A stretch of 64,000 nucleotides of DNA from the human T2T-CHM13v2.0 reference genome, Homo sapiens. The translations under genes and the position numbers were made by a program. The notes under the pieces were generated by a model. It was given only the letters and a program-made list of their open reading frames with translations. It had not been told where the DNA came from and ran no database searches. Position 1 is the stretch's first letter, and each line of letters starts with the position of its first letter. The stretch is from the NCBI RefSeq assembly GCF_009914755.1, contig NC_060935.1; one strand, 5' to 3'. Positions 21,971 to 36,294 of the stretch are shown piece after piece.

Positions 21971-22964
21971 ATAAAAGGTTACCTACTAACAGGGTGGTTC
22001 TGCCTGAACCTGAGCAAAACGTACCCTGAGTACCAGCTGAGCATATTTAGTAAGGCATCAATTCACACGGGCCCCAGAGAGGGGACATTCACTGTAATAT
22101 TCAATGGGACATCACCATAATATATAGTATCCTCGTGACCAGTATTTCTAATGCTACTACTCTCTGTATCTTTTATTATTATTTAATAGTGATGCAATGG
22201 ATTAGTGAAGTCAATTAAACTACTCCAAGAAAAGACTCGAAAAATAGCTTTTCAAGCAATTCCAAACCAGGCCAGGATTTCATCCCCATCAGGTATTTAC
22301 TTGATGTTCACCTCTATCATTCACCTAAGGCAGACATCTCAAACATTCCTGGTATATGCTTTGGAAGGCTCCATCACATTTATTTTCCATCATAACTCAA
22401 CCAACAATTTCAGCTCTCCCGTTTGTTAGCTAAGCAACTATCCTCTGAGGACAATACTGCTTATCTAATAATAGCTATCTAATACTGCTATTAGCTGAGG
22501 TTTAGAGATAATTTATGTAGAATGCCTACACACTATCTGGCCCAATAAACGTATGCAATAAACTGTAGCTGCTATTGTCATCACTAATAAATATTCACGA
22601 GTGCCCACTATTTTCCCAACACTGTGCTGAGCAGTAGGAGGAAAACAGTAAGTATGTAAGATGCCATCCATTCTAAGGGGGTACACAATCAAGTTGAAAG
22701 AAAAAAAAAATTATACAATGGTTATATGTAATTGTATAATTAAATGGTCAATTGTTTGGTATAGACTAAGTTCAGAAGGGGAGACCCAAAAGCTTTTCCT
22801 TCTATTAACTCACAACAACCCTTTGAGCCAGGCAGGCAGAAATTATCATTCCCATTTTACAGAAAAAGAAACTGAGACTAAGAAAGACTAAGTCATAGAG
22901 TTCAATCATTTACCCAATTAACAAATACTAGGCTATGAACTATGCTTAAGTGCAGAAGAGAAAT

Positions 22965-23497
22965 AGATTAGTTAGGACTCTTGGTTGTAAATGACAGAAA
23001 ACAAACTGGTTTAAGCAAAAAGCCTAATTACTGACTTAATTAACTGAGGCCCAAGATTAGGGTAGACTATGGTGGAGGCTCAATTCAGAGCTCAAAGTCA
23101 CTGCCTCCACCTGTTTAGCTTCACTTCCTCAATGTTGGTTCTATCATAAGCCAGACTCTCTCCTCCTAAGGTGGCAAAATGGCTATAGCAGCTCCAGCCA
23201 CACACCTCTGTAGTGTAGCAGGACTTGGAGAAGGTCTTCTATAGCGGCTTACAAAAGTCCTGAACATTCAGTTTAGACCAGCTTAAAACACATTTACCCC
23301 TAAACCAATCACTATGGCCGGAAGAATGTGATGCCTTGGTTACCTTGAGCCTGGTTCACATAACACTAGAGCTAAGAAATTCCTACCCAAACTATATGAA
23401 GCAAAGCAGGGGGGAGGTGTGGTTCCTAAAACCAACATCTGAGGCCATTGCTGAGATAAGAAGGAAGCTACAGAAGCAAACTACAAATGTCCACCTC
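22965..23497. mobile_element. LTR33-like ERVL solo LTR
   Basis: ttagttaggactcttggttgtaaatgacagaaaa..ctggtttaagcaaaaa resembles the LTR33 terminus. Confidence 0.6.
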
Positions 23498-23591
23498 AAG
23501 GAACCCTGTGACTGTGCTCTCACAGAATATACAGTTTGGGGCAGTGATTCTCAAGTGCAGATGGGCTGGTAGTAAAAAGAAGGCTAGAGGT

Positions 23592-23902
<311 letters not shown>

Positions 23903-24554
23903 CTAGAGGTATAGCTCTAGTCTAAAAGAAACATAATTGCAGAACAATGTGGTAAGTGCCATACAGCCAATACTTAAAACAACGTGTCAGAGTGTCCAGG
24001 AAAAAAAAAAAGGAAGGCCACCCTAAGACTTTAGGGAAGTCTTCAAAGAGGTGGTACTGACCAAACTTAGTCCTGAAGAAAAAGGGTCAGTTAGCAAATC
24101 ACCTAACTACAACTATAGCATCAAAGTTTCCTGATTCCCTATCAAGAGCTCTTTCCACTACTAGGGTGGAGAGGAAAATGGGCACTGAGGCCTCAAGGGA
24201 AGTGACTGCCACAGAAGCTCATTTAAACCAGCTGTCAAAATTGCTCAGCACTTAAGTACACTGTAAAGGACTTGTCCACACTGCAGCAGGACCACAAAGA
24301 CCCTGACAACCTTACAGGAGGATGTTTCAGTTAGATAACAGTCATGATCTAAGCATGGAATGGGATATTCTGTCATTTCCCAGCATTTTGGCTTCCTCAC
24401 CTACTACCAGGCTGCTCTTTCCACTATATGCGTAACGGCTGACAGTTCAAACAGAAAAGTACCAAACACAGTAAGCTAAATTGAGACCACATTATAAGTT
24501 AAAGGAAAAACCCACTATACTGATATTTCCACACATGCAGTTTATGCTCATTGA

Positions 24555-24780
24555 GACAGGAGGTAAATAAAGGGTTTGCATCGGTAGGTAGGGTTTGCAT
24601 CTATCTCTACCACTTACTAATTGTGTGACCCTGAGCAAGTCACTTTTCTGACCCTCAATTTCCTCATCTGTAAAATGGGAAACATTATAATACCTTTCTT
24701 GGAGCTACTATAGGAATTAAAACAAGATAAAAGGAAAGCACTTGGTCAAATTGTAAAGCATCAGTAAATATTAGTTATGT
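24555..24780 (+). mobile_element. MIR
   Basis: tgtgtgaccctgagcaagtcact..ctcaatttcctcatctgtaaaatggg. Confidence 0.8.
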
Positions 24781-25849
24781 TCCCTAACTCTTTAAGGAGA
24801 GACATTTCAAAGTACTATATGACTTCTAACTTCATAAAGAGCAGAATCCTCAACACTCCATTCCATTTGGACTTGAAACAATAAAAAATCTTTCCAGGGA
24901 AGGCTTTTAAAAACAATACCATATTAAACATTGGTGATTTGTTTTAAAAGCTGCAATTAAGAGGATTCCACTGTTTCACCAGGCTCTTGCGGCATCCAAT
25001 TAAGTAATAACATGAGAGAGGAGCTCTTAATTATGGAGGAAAACTTCCACAAGCCAGTGGCAGGTGTGCAGGGCTCAAGCTGAGATCAAAATAGTTGACT
25101 ACAGCATTAATTCCCCCCTTTCCTTTTTCCCAAAGACACTTAAGTTTGCATGCAATTAGTTGAAAAGTAAACCAGACCAAATGACTGCCATATTTCAAGC
25201 TTTATTACCTTTTATCATGTTAACATCTACCAATTGAGTTTTAAGGGATTAACACCAGAACAGATGGTTTAAATGCACAATAAGTGAGCTTCAGTGATCA
25301 GAAATGGTAATAGCCAAGCTGAATTTACACTTACACTGGGATGTTAGCATTTTTCCCTAAATTGTGTCTATTGTAAATTAAAGTTATTCCTTTTCTATTT
25401 TCACATATATACTTTGTAAATAATATTAAAAATAAAACCCTCTTCAAGGGGATGCATTTTTTTCTAATTTGCCTGCCTTCCCTCCAAATGTAAAGCAAAC
25501 TTCTTTTATCCCTTGATGTAATCAATAAAAATTAAAGCCAAACATCCAGCATTTACTTATTTTGCAAGTTACAGACAATGGTTTTAGCAGCACCTACCAA
25601 AAAAGCACACCCCCAAAATCCACATGGAAAGACAATTAAGCATCCATTTGTTGAAATAGCCCTTTTTAGGGCTACACTTGATTGCCAATGAAAAGAGCTC
25701 CTGGAAAGTCAGACCTCCAAATTTGGTGTTGGGAAGCAACTCAGGAAATATGTACACACTTACACAGGATGAGCCATCATGATAAGAAAAACACAAGATT
25801 TGGATTCAAGTCCCAGTCTGTCATACACTCTACTCATTCAAGCAATTAC

Positions 25850-26495
25850 AGAGTAGCTGTTTTCTATCAGGTACAATATTGAATGCTAATGATAAAAAGC
25901 AAGACATATTACAAATTATTACTATAAAATGTTACAGGTCCTATAACAGGCATCAACACAGGAGAAGCATGAGGAGAAAACAGTCAATTCTACCTGGAAA
26001 AGAGAGCAACAACTTTACAGTGGAAGCAATGTAGGTGGTAGATTTTTAAAAATAAAATAAGGCCATGTTTGCCAAGTTGAGAAGGGAAGAGGACCATTTG
26101 AGTAGAAGAAGCAACACGAGTAGAGATTTGGCAGTTTAACAGCGTATAGTTAAGTCCCAAGGATTGCAAGTGGTTTGGCAGGGTTGGGCTGAGAAGAAGG
26201 AGTCACAGGAGGTGACCCTGGCAGCAGATGGAAGAATGGAGGCTGCCGTCCACACAAGAGCTGCTGAGAGTCTGAGCTAAGGCAACAGCTGTGGGGATGG
26301 AGAGAAAGGAATAGATTCGAGAAATGTTAAGGTGATAGTATCTATACAACTTAGTGACTGAAGGAATATGAGAAGATAAGGAAATCTCAAATTTCCGGCT
26401 TGAGTGACTGAGAAAATGGTGATGTCATTCACTGAGATAAGAAATACAAAGAGAAGAAGGTATGGAGGGAAAAGGATAACGAGTTCGGTTTTGAG
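25850..26495 (-). mobile_element. L2 fragment
   Basis: ggatggagagaaag..gattcgaga..atggtgatgtcattcactgagata. Confidence 0.65.
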
Positions 26496-26654
26496 CCAGA
26501 CTTGTGACTTTAAACCAGTCACTTGATACCTCATAATCAGTTCCCCAGTTAGCAAAATGGTTATACCACTTACCTCAAAGAAATTCTCAATGTGGTGAGA
26601 ATTAAGATAATAAATGAGGAAAAGGTTTTATTATTTTTACCCTCTACCTATGAC

Positions 26655-27150
26655 TCTGTGGAAGAAACTGCTAATAGTATCCATTTTCCCTTGCTTCCTT
26701 TTAATACAGACACTCCCCTACCACAACCCTCTGCCAAAATAACTGAGCACATGCAACCGAGTTGGAAACTACATTTCCAAATGTTATTTATAACTTGATA
26801 TGTCTTGTTTCTAAAGATAATGAATGAGATGCTGGGAAAATTGACATATAGCTCACTTTTTTTTTAAGGCAACTATGTGTCCTCTACTCTCTCTTCTCCC
26901 TTCTCATGGACTTATTTCAAGGTAGATGTGTTAATAAGCTATCATTGAGAATGCAGATGAGGGCATCACCCCCGGACAACAAGATAGAAGGAGCCTGGAT
27001 CTCTAGATGATTTCATGGAGCAGAACCTCTGCCCACTGTGGTCATAAGAGACTTACCCCTGAACTGTTTTATAAGAGATAAATGTCCATCTTGTTTGAGC
27101 CACTGAATGTTTGGGTCTCTTTCAGCAGCTACCCTGTACTCTAACTACTC
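26655..27150 (+). mobile_element. LTR16-like ERVL solo LTR
   Basis: actacatttcc, ggagcctggatctctagatgatttcatggagcag, cttgtttgagccactg. Confidence 0.6.
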
Positions 27151-27749
27151 ACCTTTCAAGCTTGTAAAATCTGTAAGGAAACTGAGCAAGACAAATTTTA
27201 GGGCCCTAGAAATCTACTAGACGTTGGCGGTACCTTTTAGATTGGAGAGAGGAACATCCATGAGTATATATGCACATGCACAACTAACAGACATAAAATG
27301 AGAATAAGAGTTGGATTGATGTGTGCCAAGCAACAAAGCAGGCCCAGGACTGTAGCCAACTAATCAAGGCTGAAAATTCCAATTTCTTATCTCATATGGC
27401 TTCCACATTAAAACAATTAATTCTTAAAAGATCCTGTAATATGTAAATTACTACCTGATACTCAAATCTACAATCTGGAACAACGGAATCAATTATGACA
27501 CTCTTAGGTGAGGGGTTAATTTACCTGAATATAACAATCTCAGACTAAAATAAGAAAAGAAGCTTAGGAATTCTTAAATATTTTGCACTATAATAATACA
27601 CAAAAATAATGCAGGGCAGGGCACATGGAAAACCAAGTAGCTATGCTATGACATGACTGTATTTGAATGTGATATAACCTAGAAGCTAAATGAAGTATAA
27701 TGGCTTCTTCTCAAGGGTCAGGAAGAAGGCTATTAAGAACTAGACCCTT

Positions 27750-28050
27750 GGTCGGGGGTAATGGCTCACACTTGTAATCCCAGCACCTTGGGAGGCCAAG
27801 GCGGGCAGATCACAAGGTCAGGAGTTTGAGCCCAGCCTGGCCAACTGAGTGAAACCCCGTATCTACTAAAAATACAAAAATTAGCTGGGTATGGTGGTGG
27901 GCACCTGTAATTCCAGCTACTCAGGAGGCTGAGGCATGAGAATTGCTTGAACCCAGGAGGCGGAGGTTGCAGTGCACCAAAATCCAGCCACTGCACAAGC
28001 GAAACCCTGTCTCAAAAAAACAAAAAAACAAAAACAAAAACAAAACTGAA
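27750..28050 (+). mobile_element. Alu (AluS) with a small 3' deletion
   Basis: Alu consensus. Confidence 0.92.
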
Positions 28051-28676
28051 AAACTAATTTGCCACTGTCATATCTTATTTATATAAAATACAAAAGAAAT
28101 CTGACAAGGCAATCAAAAAGAATTCAATACAATTAAGTTCACCTAGACATCAAAAAAATTGTTTCTTCGGTGTTACAAAATGCTTAAGTGTAATCCCTCT
28201 CTTATATGAAGGCTCTGTTATAGACAGTTACCATATACTGGCTCAACTATATTTAATGCCACTATATTAGCACTGTTGTAATTCTCAAACATAATCAATT
28301 AGTGACTAAGAACGAAGCAATCAGGAGAAAGCATAGGATATAAAAATAAACTAGCAATTTTAGTATCGCCACTCTTTAATACTAGACACAGCATCAACTT
28401 TTTCAGTCATGCATTCCCTCAGCAATCATTATGGAAAACACACTGTTGCCAGCTACTAAAACAGAGATACACAGGAACACACACACACAGCGGTCTTATC
28501 CACCTTCAAGTAGCTCTCAACAGTCTGTCTACCATGGAATTTTGCTCGTTGGATTTGAGAAAGAAAGACGCACAGAAAGATTTTTAGGGTTACCTCTTAC
28601 CTTCAGTTAGTATAAATGAAAGTATCTATTTTACATACGAAAAAGACTATTGTGTATTCCTAAGAAAACAGATGTT

Positions 28677-28963
28677 GGCTGGGCATGGTGGCTCATGCCT
28701 GTAATCCCAGCACTTTGGGAAGCCGAGGCGGGCAGATCACGAGGTCAGGAGTTCGAGACCAGCCTGGCCAATATGGTGAAACCCTGTCTCTACTAAAAAT
28801 ACAAAAATTAGCCGGGCGTGGTGATGCGCACCTGTGGTCTCAGCTACTCAGGAGGCTGAGGCAGAAGAATCACTTGAACCCGGGGGGATCGGAGGTTGCA
28901 GTGAGCTGGGATCATACCACTGCACTCCAGCCTGGGCAATAGAGTGAGACTCCACCTCAAAAA

Positions 28964-28994
<31 letters not shown>

Positions 28995-28996
28995 AC
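28677..28996 (+). mobile_element. Alu (AluSg-like), (TAAA)n tail
   Basis: gatcacgaggtcaggagttcgag; TSD AAAA(C/T)AGATGT. Confidence 0.93.
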
Positions 28997-29029
28997 AAAA
29001 TAGATGTGAAGCTCTAATCAACAGCTAAA

Positions 29030-29480
29030 AGTATTACAGCAGGGGAAAAAAATATGAGATTTGGAGTCAGGAGACCTGGGATGGTGGGGTCCAGATTCTG
29101 TTACTCAACAAATGAATGATCTTGTGTAATTAACTCATCTTACTTTTCCTAACCTATAGAATGGATATGAAAAGCATAATTAACTGCTTCACAGAGTTTT
29201 AAGACTCAAATAAGAGAGATAATATCTTTCATGTATACCTACATATTCATACAAGCTGTTTCTGAGAAAATATAAGGGTTAAGTACATAGCTCTGAAATC
29301 AGATTGCTTGGGTTCTAATCACAGCTGCATCCCTTCATTAGCTGTGAGACTAAGCAAGCTACTTCCTTTCTCTGAGACTCAGTTCTCTCCTCTATAAAAC
29401 GGGGATAATGAGGATTAAAACAAATACTGCACTTGGCACAAACCCGGCATAAAACACAGTGTTAGCTAGTATCATTATGA
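29030..29480 (+). mobile_element. Two MIR fragments
   Basis: tttggagtcaggagacctggg; ctctgaaatcaga..ctcagttctctcctctataaaacgggg. Confidence 0.65.
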
Positions 29481-29594
29481 TTATTCTTAGCTCAGTCCTA
29501 AATAAAGTGAGTACAAAGATGAAAAAAAATGGTCCTCCACAAAAAGAGCTACCAGTTTAGTACAAGAAACATATTAGTAAAAAGAAAAATTTTA

Positions 29595-29885
29595 GACTGG
29601 ACACAGTGACTCACACCTGTAATCCCAACACTTAAGGAGGCCAAGGCTGATGGATCACTTGAGCTCAGGAGTGTGAGACAAGCCTGGGCAACATGGTGAA
29701 ACCCCACCTCTACAAAAAATTAGCTGGGCATGATGGCATGCACCTATTGTCCCAGCTACTCAGGAGGCTCAAGTGTAGAGATCACTGGAGCCTGGGAAGC
29801 TGAGGCTGCAATGAATCATGATCACGTCACTGTACTCCAGCCTGGGTGACAGAGTGAGATACTGTCTCAAAAAAAAAAAAAGACA
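29595..29885 (+). mobile_element. AluJ
   Basis: Alu consensus. Confidence 0.9.
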
Positions 29886-30348
29886 AGACAAGAAAAGAAA
29901 AAAAATATTTAAGTATCATAAAAATACCTTACAAAGAATTATGCAAATATCAGTTGACATTATTATATATAAAGTTAATATGATAAAGTAACTCAGGCTG
30001 ATTCTGACTGGGGCCTATGGAAACCCATCTCCTTACTTAGTCACTGTATTATGTTCATACTAGCAGACCAAGAACAGAGAAGAAAGATGCCTAAGTATGT
30101 TCTTATAGGCAAATAAAACACAGACTTTGAAACTGTCCTGAACAACAACTATTCTACTGTAATACTTAATACAGAAGACAATGATCCAGACAACATAATG
30201 CAGTTACTTGCAATGAAGAAAAACTGACATCCCCCTGGAAAAAAATGAATAAAATTAGTGTAGTACCAAAACTCACAGCCAGAAGCCTCTCATATGGAAA
30301 AATGCTTAACTAATACACTGCAGCATTCAGATACATCAATAATTAAAC

Positions 30349-32031
30349 TCTCCCTCTCCCCCTCCCCCTCCCCCCCCCCTCCCCACAGTCTCCCTCTCCC
30401 TCTCTTTCCACGGTCTCCCTCTGATGCCGAGCCGAAGCTGGACTGTACTGCTGCCATCTCAGCTCACTGCAACCTCCCTGCCTGATTCCCCTGCCTCAGC
30501 CTGCCGAGTGCCTGCGATTGCAGGCGCGCGCCGCCATGCCTGACTGGTTTTCGTATTTTTTTGGTGGAGACGGGGTTTCGCTGTGTTGGCCGGGCTGGTC
30601 TCCAGCTCCTAACCGCGAGTGATCCGCCAGCCTCGGCCTCCTGAGGTGCCGGGATTGCAGACGGAGTCTCGTTCACTCAGTGCTCAATGGTGCCCAGGCT
30701 GGAGTGCAGTGGTGTGATCTCGGCTCGCTACAACCTCCACCTCCCAGCCGCCTGCCTTGGCCTCCCAAAGTGCAGAGATTGCAGCCTCTGCCCACCACCA
30801 CTCCGTCTGGGAAGTGAGGAGCGTCTCTGCCTGGCCGCCCATCGTCTGGGATGTGAGGAGCCCCTCTGCCTGGCTGCCCAGTCTGGAAAGTGAGGAGCAT
30901 CTCTGCCCGGCCGCCATCCACCTAGGAAGTGAGGAGTGCCTCTTCCCGGCCGCCATCCCATCTAGGAAGTGAGGAGCGTCTCTGCCTGGCCACCCATCGT
31001 CTGAGATGTGGGGAGCGCCCCTGCCCCACCGCCCCACCGCCCCGTCTGGGATGTGAGGAGCGCCTCTGCCCAGCCACGACCCCGTCTGGGAGGTGAGGAG
31101 CGTCTCTGCCCAGCCGCCCCGTCTGAGAAGTGAGGAGACCCTCCGCCTGGCAGCCGCCCCATCTGAGAAGTGAGGAGCCCCTCCGCCCGGCAGCCACCCC
31201 GTCTGGGAAGTGAGGAGCCCCTCCGCCCGGCAGCCACCCCGTCTGGGAAGTGAGGAGCGTTTCCGCCCGGCAGCCACCCCGTCCGGGAGGGAGGTGGGGG
31301 TCAGCCCCTGCCCGGCCAGCCGCCCCGTCCGGGAGGGAGGTCAGGGGTCAGCCCCCGCCCGGCCAGCCGCCCCGTCCGGGAGGGAGGTGGGGGGTCAGCC
31401 CCCGCCCGGCCAGCCGCCCCGTCCAGGAGGTGAGGGGCGCCTCTGCCTGGCCGCCCCTACTGGGAAGTGAGGAGCCCCTCTGCCCAGCTACCACCCCGTC
31501 TGGGAGGTGTACCCAACAGCTCATTGAGAACGGGCCATGATGACAATGGCGGTTTTGTGGAATAGAAAAGGGGGAAAGGTGGGGAAAAGATTGAGAAATC
31601 GGATGGTTGCTGTGTCTGTGTAGAAAGAAGTAGACATGGGAGACTTTTCATTTTGTTCTGTACTAAGAAAAATTCTTCTGCCTTGGGATCCTGTTGATCT
31701 ATGACCTTACCCCCAACCCTGTGCTCTCTGAAACATGTGCTGTGTCCACTCAGGGTTAAATGGATTAAGGGCGGTGCAAGATGTGCTTTGTTAAACAGAT
31801 GCTTGAAGGCAGCATGCTCGTTAAGAGTCATCACCACTCCCTAATCTCAAGTACCCAGGGACACAAACACTGCGGAAGGCCACAGGGTCCTCTGCCTAGG
31901 AAAACCAGAGACCTTTGTTCACTTGTTTATCTGCTGACCTTCCTTCCACTATTGTCCTATGACCCTGCCAAATCCCCCTCTGTGAGAAACACCCAAGAAT
32001 GATCAATAAAATAAATAAATAAATAAATAAT
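30349..32031 (+). mobile_element. Full-length SVA retrotransposon (SVA_D/C-like)
   Basis: CCCTCT hexamer head (~30349-30405), antisense Alu-like domain, GC-rich VNTR (~30800-31510), SINE-R, AATAAA at 32005 with (AAAT)n tail; TSD core TAATTAAAC at 30340-30348 and 32032-32040. Confidence 0.97.
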
Positions 32032-32794
32032 TAATTAAACACACTGAAAATTTAGGTTGATGTTCCACTTAGGAAAAATTTCATCCACATTACTGAAATG
32101 CTGTAAACAGAATCAATTTTCAGGTAAGAGATAATCTGAATAAGCCTCCATAAAATTAAGCATTCTAGCCGGTGGAAGCAGATCCCCCATTTGCCAGCCA
32201 CCATCTGCACCTCTTTAAATGAAGATACATCAATGTGCTCACCTGAGAGACACCACTGGATTCATGCACAATAATCGCAAGACGCACTTGGAACTTTCCC
32301 CTAAAAATGGACACACTTAACTGTTAGAAGGTAGAAAGAGGAATGAAAAAAAATCTATTTTAACTTCTGTACATACTCCTAGAAGGCTTAAAACCAGGAT
32401 TTCAACTTGAGTGTCATCATGACGGAAGCTACAGTTGTTACCTCTATCCCTATTCCTCAACAGTTCTCCACACACTACCCTGTGTCCTAAGTTTTTCTAA
32501 TCAAGGAGCCTCCCACTTCCTTGTTCTAGGGATCAAGATTAGACCAAGATCCAAATCTCAAGTCTAAGCTCTTCTCTAAGTCCTCTGGGCCTGCCTCACA
32601 GTAGTACCACACCCCATTTTCTCATTTCCACTATGCAGTTACATTCACTCAATACTTTATCTACCCAGAACATCATTCTGGCCTCTTTTCTTCTGCTGTC
32701 CCCAAGGACTACCATAATAAAACTCATCAAAATGTCTTTATATAGTTCAAGGGAAATTTTAAATTTGCCTCTTAAAATAGCAGTGAATTCCGAC

Positions 32795-33093
32795 GGGGCA
32801 CAGTGGCTCATGCCCGTAATCCCAGCACTTTGGGAGGCCAAGACAGGAGGTTGGCTGGAAGACAGGAGGTTGGCTGGAGGACAGGAGTTCGAAACCAGTC
32901 TGGGCAACATAGAGACCCTGTCTCTACAAAAAATTCAAGAATGAGCCAGGCATGGTGGTACATGCCTATAATCCCAGCTACTCAGGATACTGAGGTGAGA
33001 GGATCACTATGTCCAGGAGTTCCACGCTGCAGTAAGCTATGAGCGGGACTCTGCACTCCAGCCTGGGTGACAGAGCAAGATTCGTCTCAAAAT
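32795..33093 (+). mobile_element. AluJ with a 19-bp internal tandem duplication
   Basis: gacaggaggttggctgga(a/g) twice at 32842-32879. Confidence 0.9.
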
Positions 33094-33112
33094 ACCAAGG
33101 GGCAGGGGTGGG

Positions 33113-33268
33113 GGCAGGGCATGGCGTTGCACACCTGTGGTCCCAGCTACTCAGGAGGCGAGGCAGGGGGATCACTAAGCCCAGGAGGTGGAGGCAACAG
33201 TGAGCCATGAGCCCACCACTGTACTCCAGCCTGGGTGACAGAGCAAGACCCTGTCTCAAAAAAAAAAG
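33113..33268 (+). mobile_element. Alu right monomer (FRAM-like)
   Basis: Right-arm consensus with poly-A. Confidence 0.85.
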
Positions 33269-33705
33269 TAATTAATTCTCTAAGCCCCACTTAATACTAA
33301 TTATGAATGTCACATAATAGTTACTATCTTGGCTGGCATTTTTCCAATTTAAAAGGCATTTTCACATTCATTATCTCATTTGATCTTCACAACAGATGGG
33401 AAAGTTGGCTATTATTATCTCTATCCCAAGTTTCAAACAGAGAAAGTCAGTTGTCCCATGAAACTTAGCTAGTAAACAGCAATGCTGGACCTCCCACCAA
33501 GTTTGTATAATCACAAATCCAATGCCCTTTCCACATATGCACTCACTCTCTTGACCAAGAGAGTATAAAAAAATACATCATCTATCTAACTGCCCCTTAA
33601 ACAAATTACCTAGATGGAACAGCAAGTTCCTGGAGAAAAATCAGCTCTATTAGTTTAACAGCATCACATGAAAATATAACATAATGGCACTTGAAGTTGG
33701 CCATC

Positions 33706-34013
<308 letters not shown>

Positions 34014-34721
34014 TAATAAATCCTGAGGCCAATGATGAAAGCACCAAATTATCCCCTGATACTCTACTAGCAGTAGCATTACTCAATAAAGGAAACCAAC
34101 ATATTACAGTCATATACTAGACCCCACCACATACATTAACCCTAACATCCCTGTAAAGTGTGTATCATATCCCTATTTTGCAGATGAGCAAAATAAGGCT
34201 CATACAAGAGTAAGGGTTATCCAATGATGGTCAAAAGGTTTATCCAAGATAACCCAATAAATGGCAGTGCCAAGATTTTGAAACCCAAGTCTGAGGCTAT
34301 TTCCAGTGACTACGCCATGCTTTGGAGCCTTTTAAAGAATTCTTAAAACAGGATTATGCCTAGAAGTCCTTTAATTTTGGTGAGATAATCAAAATATTCC
34401 ATGTATGTTACTGCTGTAAAACAAGATTAAATGACAGGAAGAACAATCAGATATATACATCTGATGATAGGTATTAATTCACATATAATATTATTTTTGA
34501 GCCAACTGCTGTAATATCTAACAGTTTAATTTCAACTTGAATGTATCTTCAGAATGTCTTACCCTGTAATTGAAAGCCTAGGATAAGCTTTGAATCTGGT
34601 AAACTGTCTGCCACTAATTAGCTGAATCCCTTAATTTAGTTACTAAACGTGTCTTAACTTTTTACATGGGTAACATGGAAACAATACCTACCTATCAGAG
34701 TTCTCATTAAGATTTAGAAAT

Positions 34722-35013
<292 letters not shown>

Positions 35014-36294
35014 ATTAGACATAATGTAAGTAAAACACCTATGGCAATGTCTAGCATGTGTAGCTATTATCAGCCTCTGCCCTCTGTGGATATTCCCTGC
35101 CAAAACATGCACATGAAAATTTAAAACTCAAACATAGGATATTCCAAATATAATGGGTTGTTTGGTGTCATGGAAAACAAATATTCAGATGAATTAAATT
35201 TCAATTTTCATCAAATATTTTGGTATTAGATAATTTTTTAAATCCCAGATAATCAAAACAAACCTGGGTATTTGCCTTGAATCCCTAAGCAGAGTTTCTT
35301 CTCCATTCAGAAGATCTTCTAGTTACCTAGTAACCACCTGCCATCCCCAAACTGAAAAAAACTGGCTCTGTTCTGGGCTAATTACCCAACCAGCATGAAC
35401 AATCTAAATCGAAGTGTAGAATAAAGGGAATTGTCAGCCAGAATGTTAGCGAAATTATTCACAACAGGAGACCTGAGAATCCAAATACCACCGGGCAGTT
35501 ATTTCCATGAGAATAAAATCACAATTTATGAACCCTGCAAATTATACCATTATTAAAACAAACATCCCATTGAGGCTACAGCCATCAGATAAATGGTTTT
35601 ATTGTCCCCATTGTTTCATCTACTGCAGCAAAGAGGTGAAAACTGAATGAGCGGTTACCAGAAGCAGTAATTTCTAGGAAATTACAATGCAGACCTCCAT
35701 CTTAAAGCTCCCTTTGTGTTGGAGTGTACAGGCTCTGGAAATGAAGACGGAAATGGGGAATCAACTGTTTTCTACATGCCCCCCAACTCAAAGATCCTGA
35801 CAACTTTACAAGCAGAACTCACCAGTTTTCTCCACATCTTCCTATTTCTTTTCTTGCCCAGTAGTTCGATCCTGGGCTCACCCAGGAGGGAAGAATCTGA
35901 ACTCAGCAAATCTACTTTATTCACTAGGGAACTTTTAGACAATCCTCCAACCCAAATAAACACAGAGAGACAAGAAAATGGCCCCTGGTTTCCCTGGCTC
36001 TCACAATACAAAGTATCTCTAGCTAGACAGAGCAATGAGAATTGATGAGAAAGTACAAAAGCAAAGCATAGGTGCCTCCCATTATTTAAAAAAAAAAAAA
36101 AAATTCCTTTGCAATAACTGCTAGCACCATAAAGCTCAAATGACATTTACAGACTTGAATGGGAAACCTGAGACACTACCTAACAGCTAACCTGTGCTGA
36201 ACCGCATCACGGAATAGAGAAGGCAAAAGTCATCCCTTCAGGAATAGTTCAACGAATCCACAAATCTACCAATTTTGGAAATGGAAGGAATGAA

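Noticed and set aside
30800-31510. Regular repeats that could resemble a CRISPR-like array
   Set aside because: Tandem VNTR without unique spacers, in a human SVA context.
30464-32002. Repetitive Arg/Gly/Pro-rich ORFs up to 197 aa
   Set aside because: Translations of the SVA VNTR and SINE-R.
32254-32265. MNPV in the candidate exon matches the N-terminus I recall for FAM168 proteins
   Set aside because: Only four residues and the match ends there; treated as coincidence, not a coding exon.
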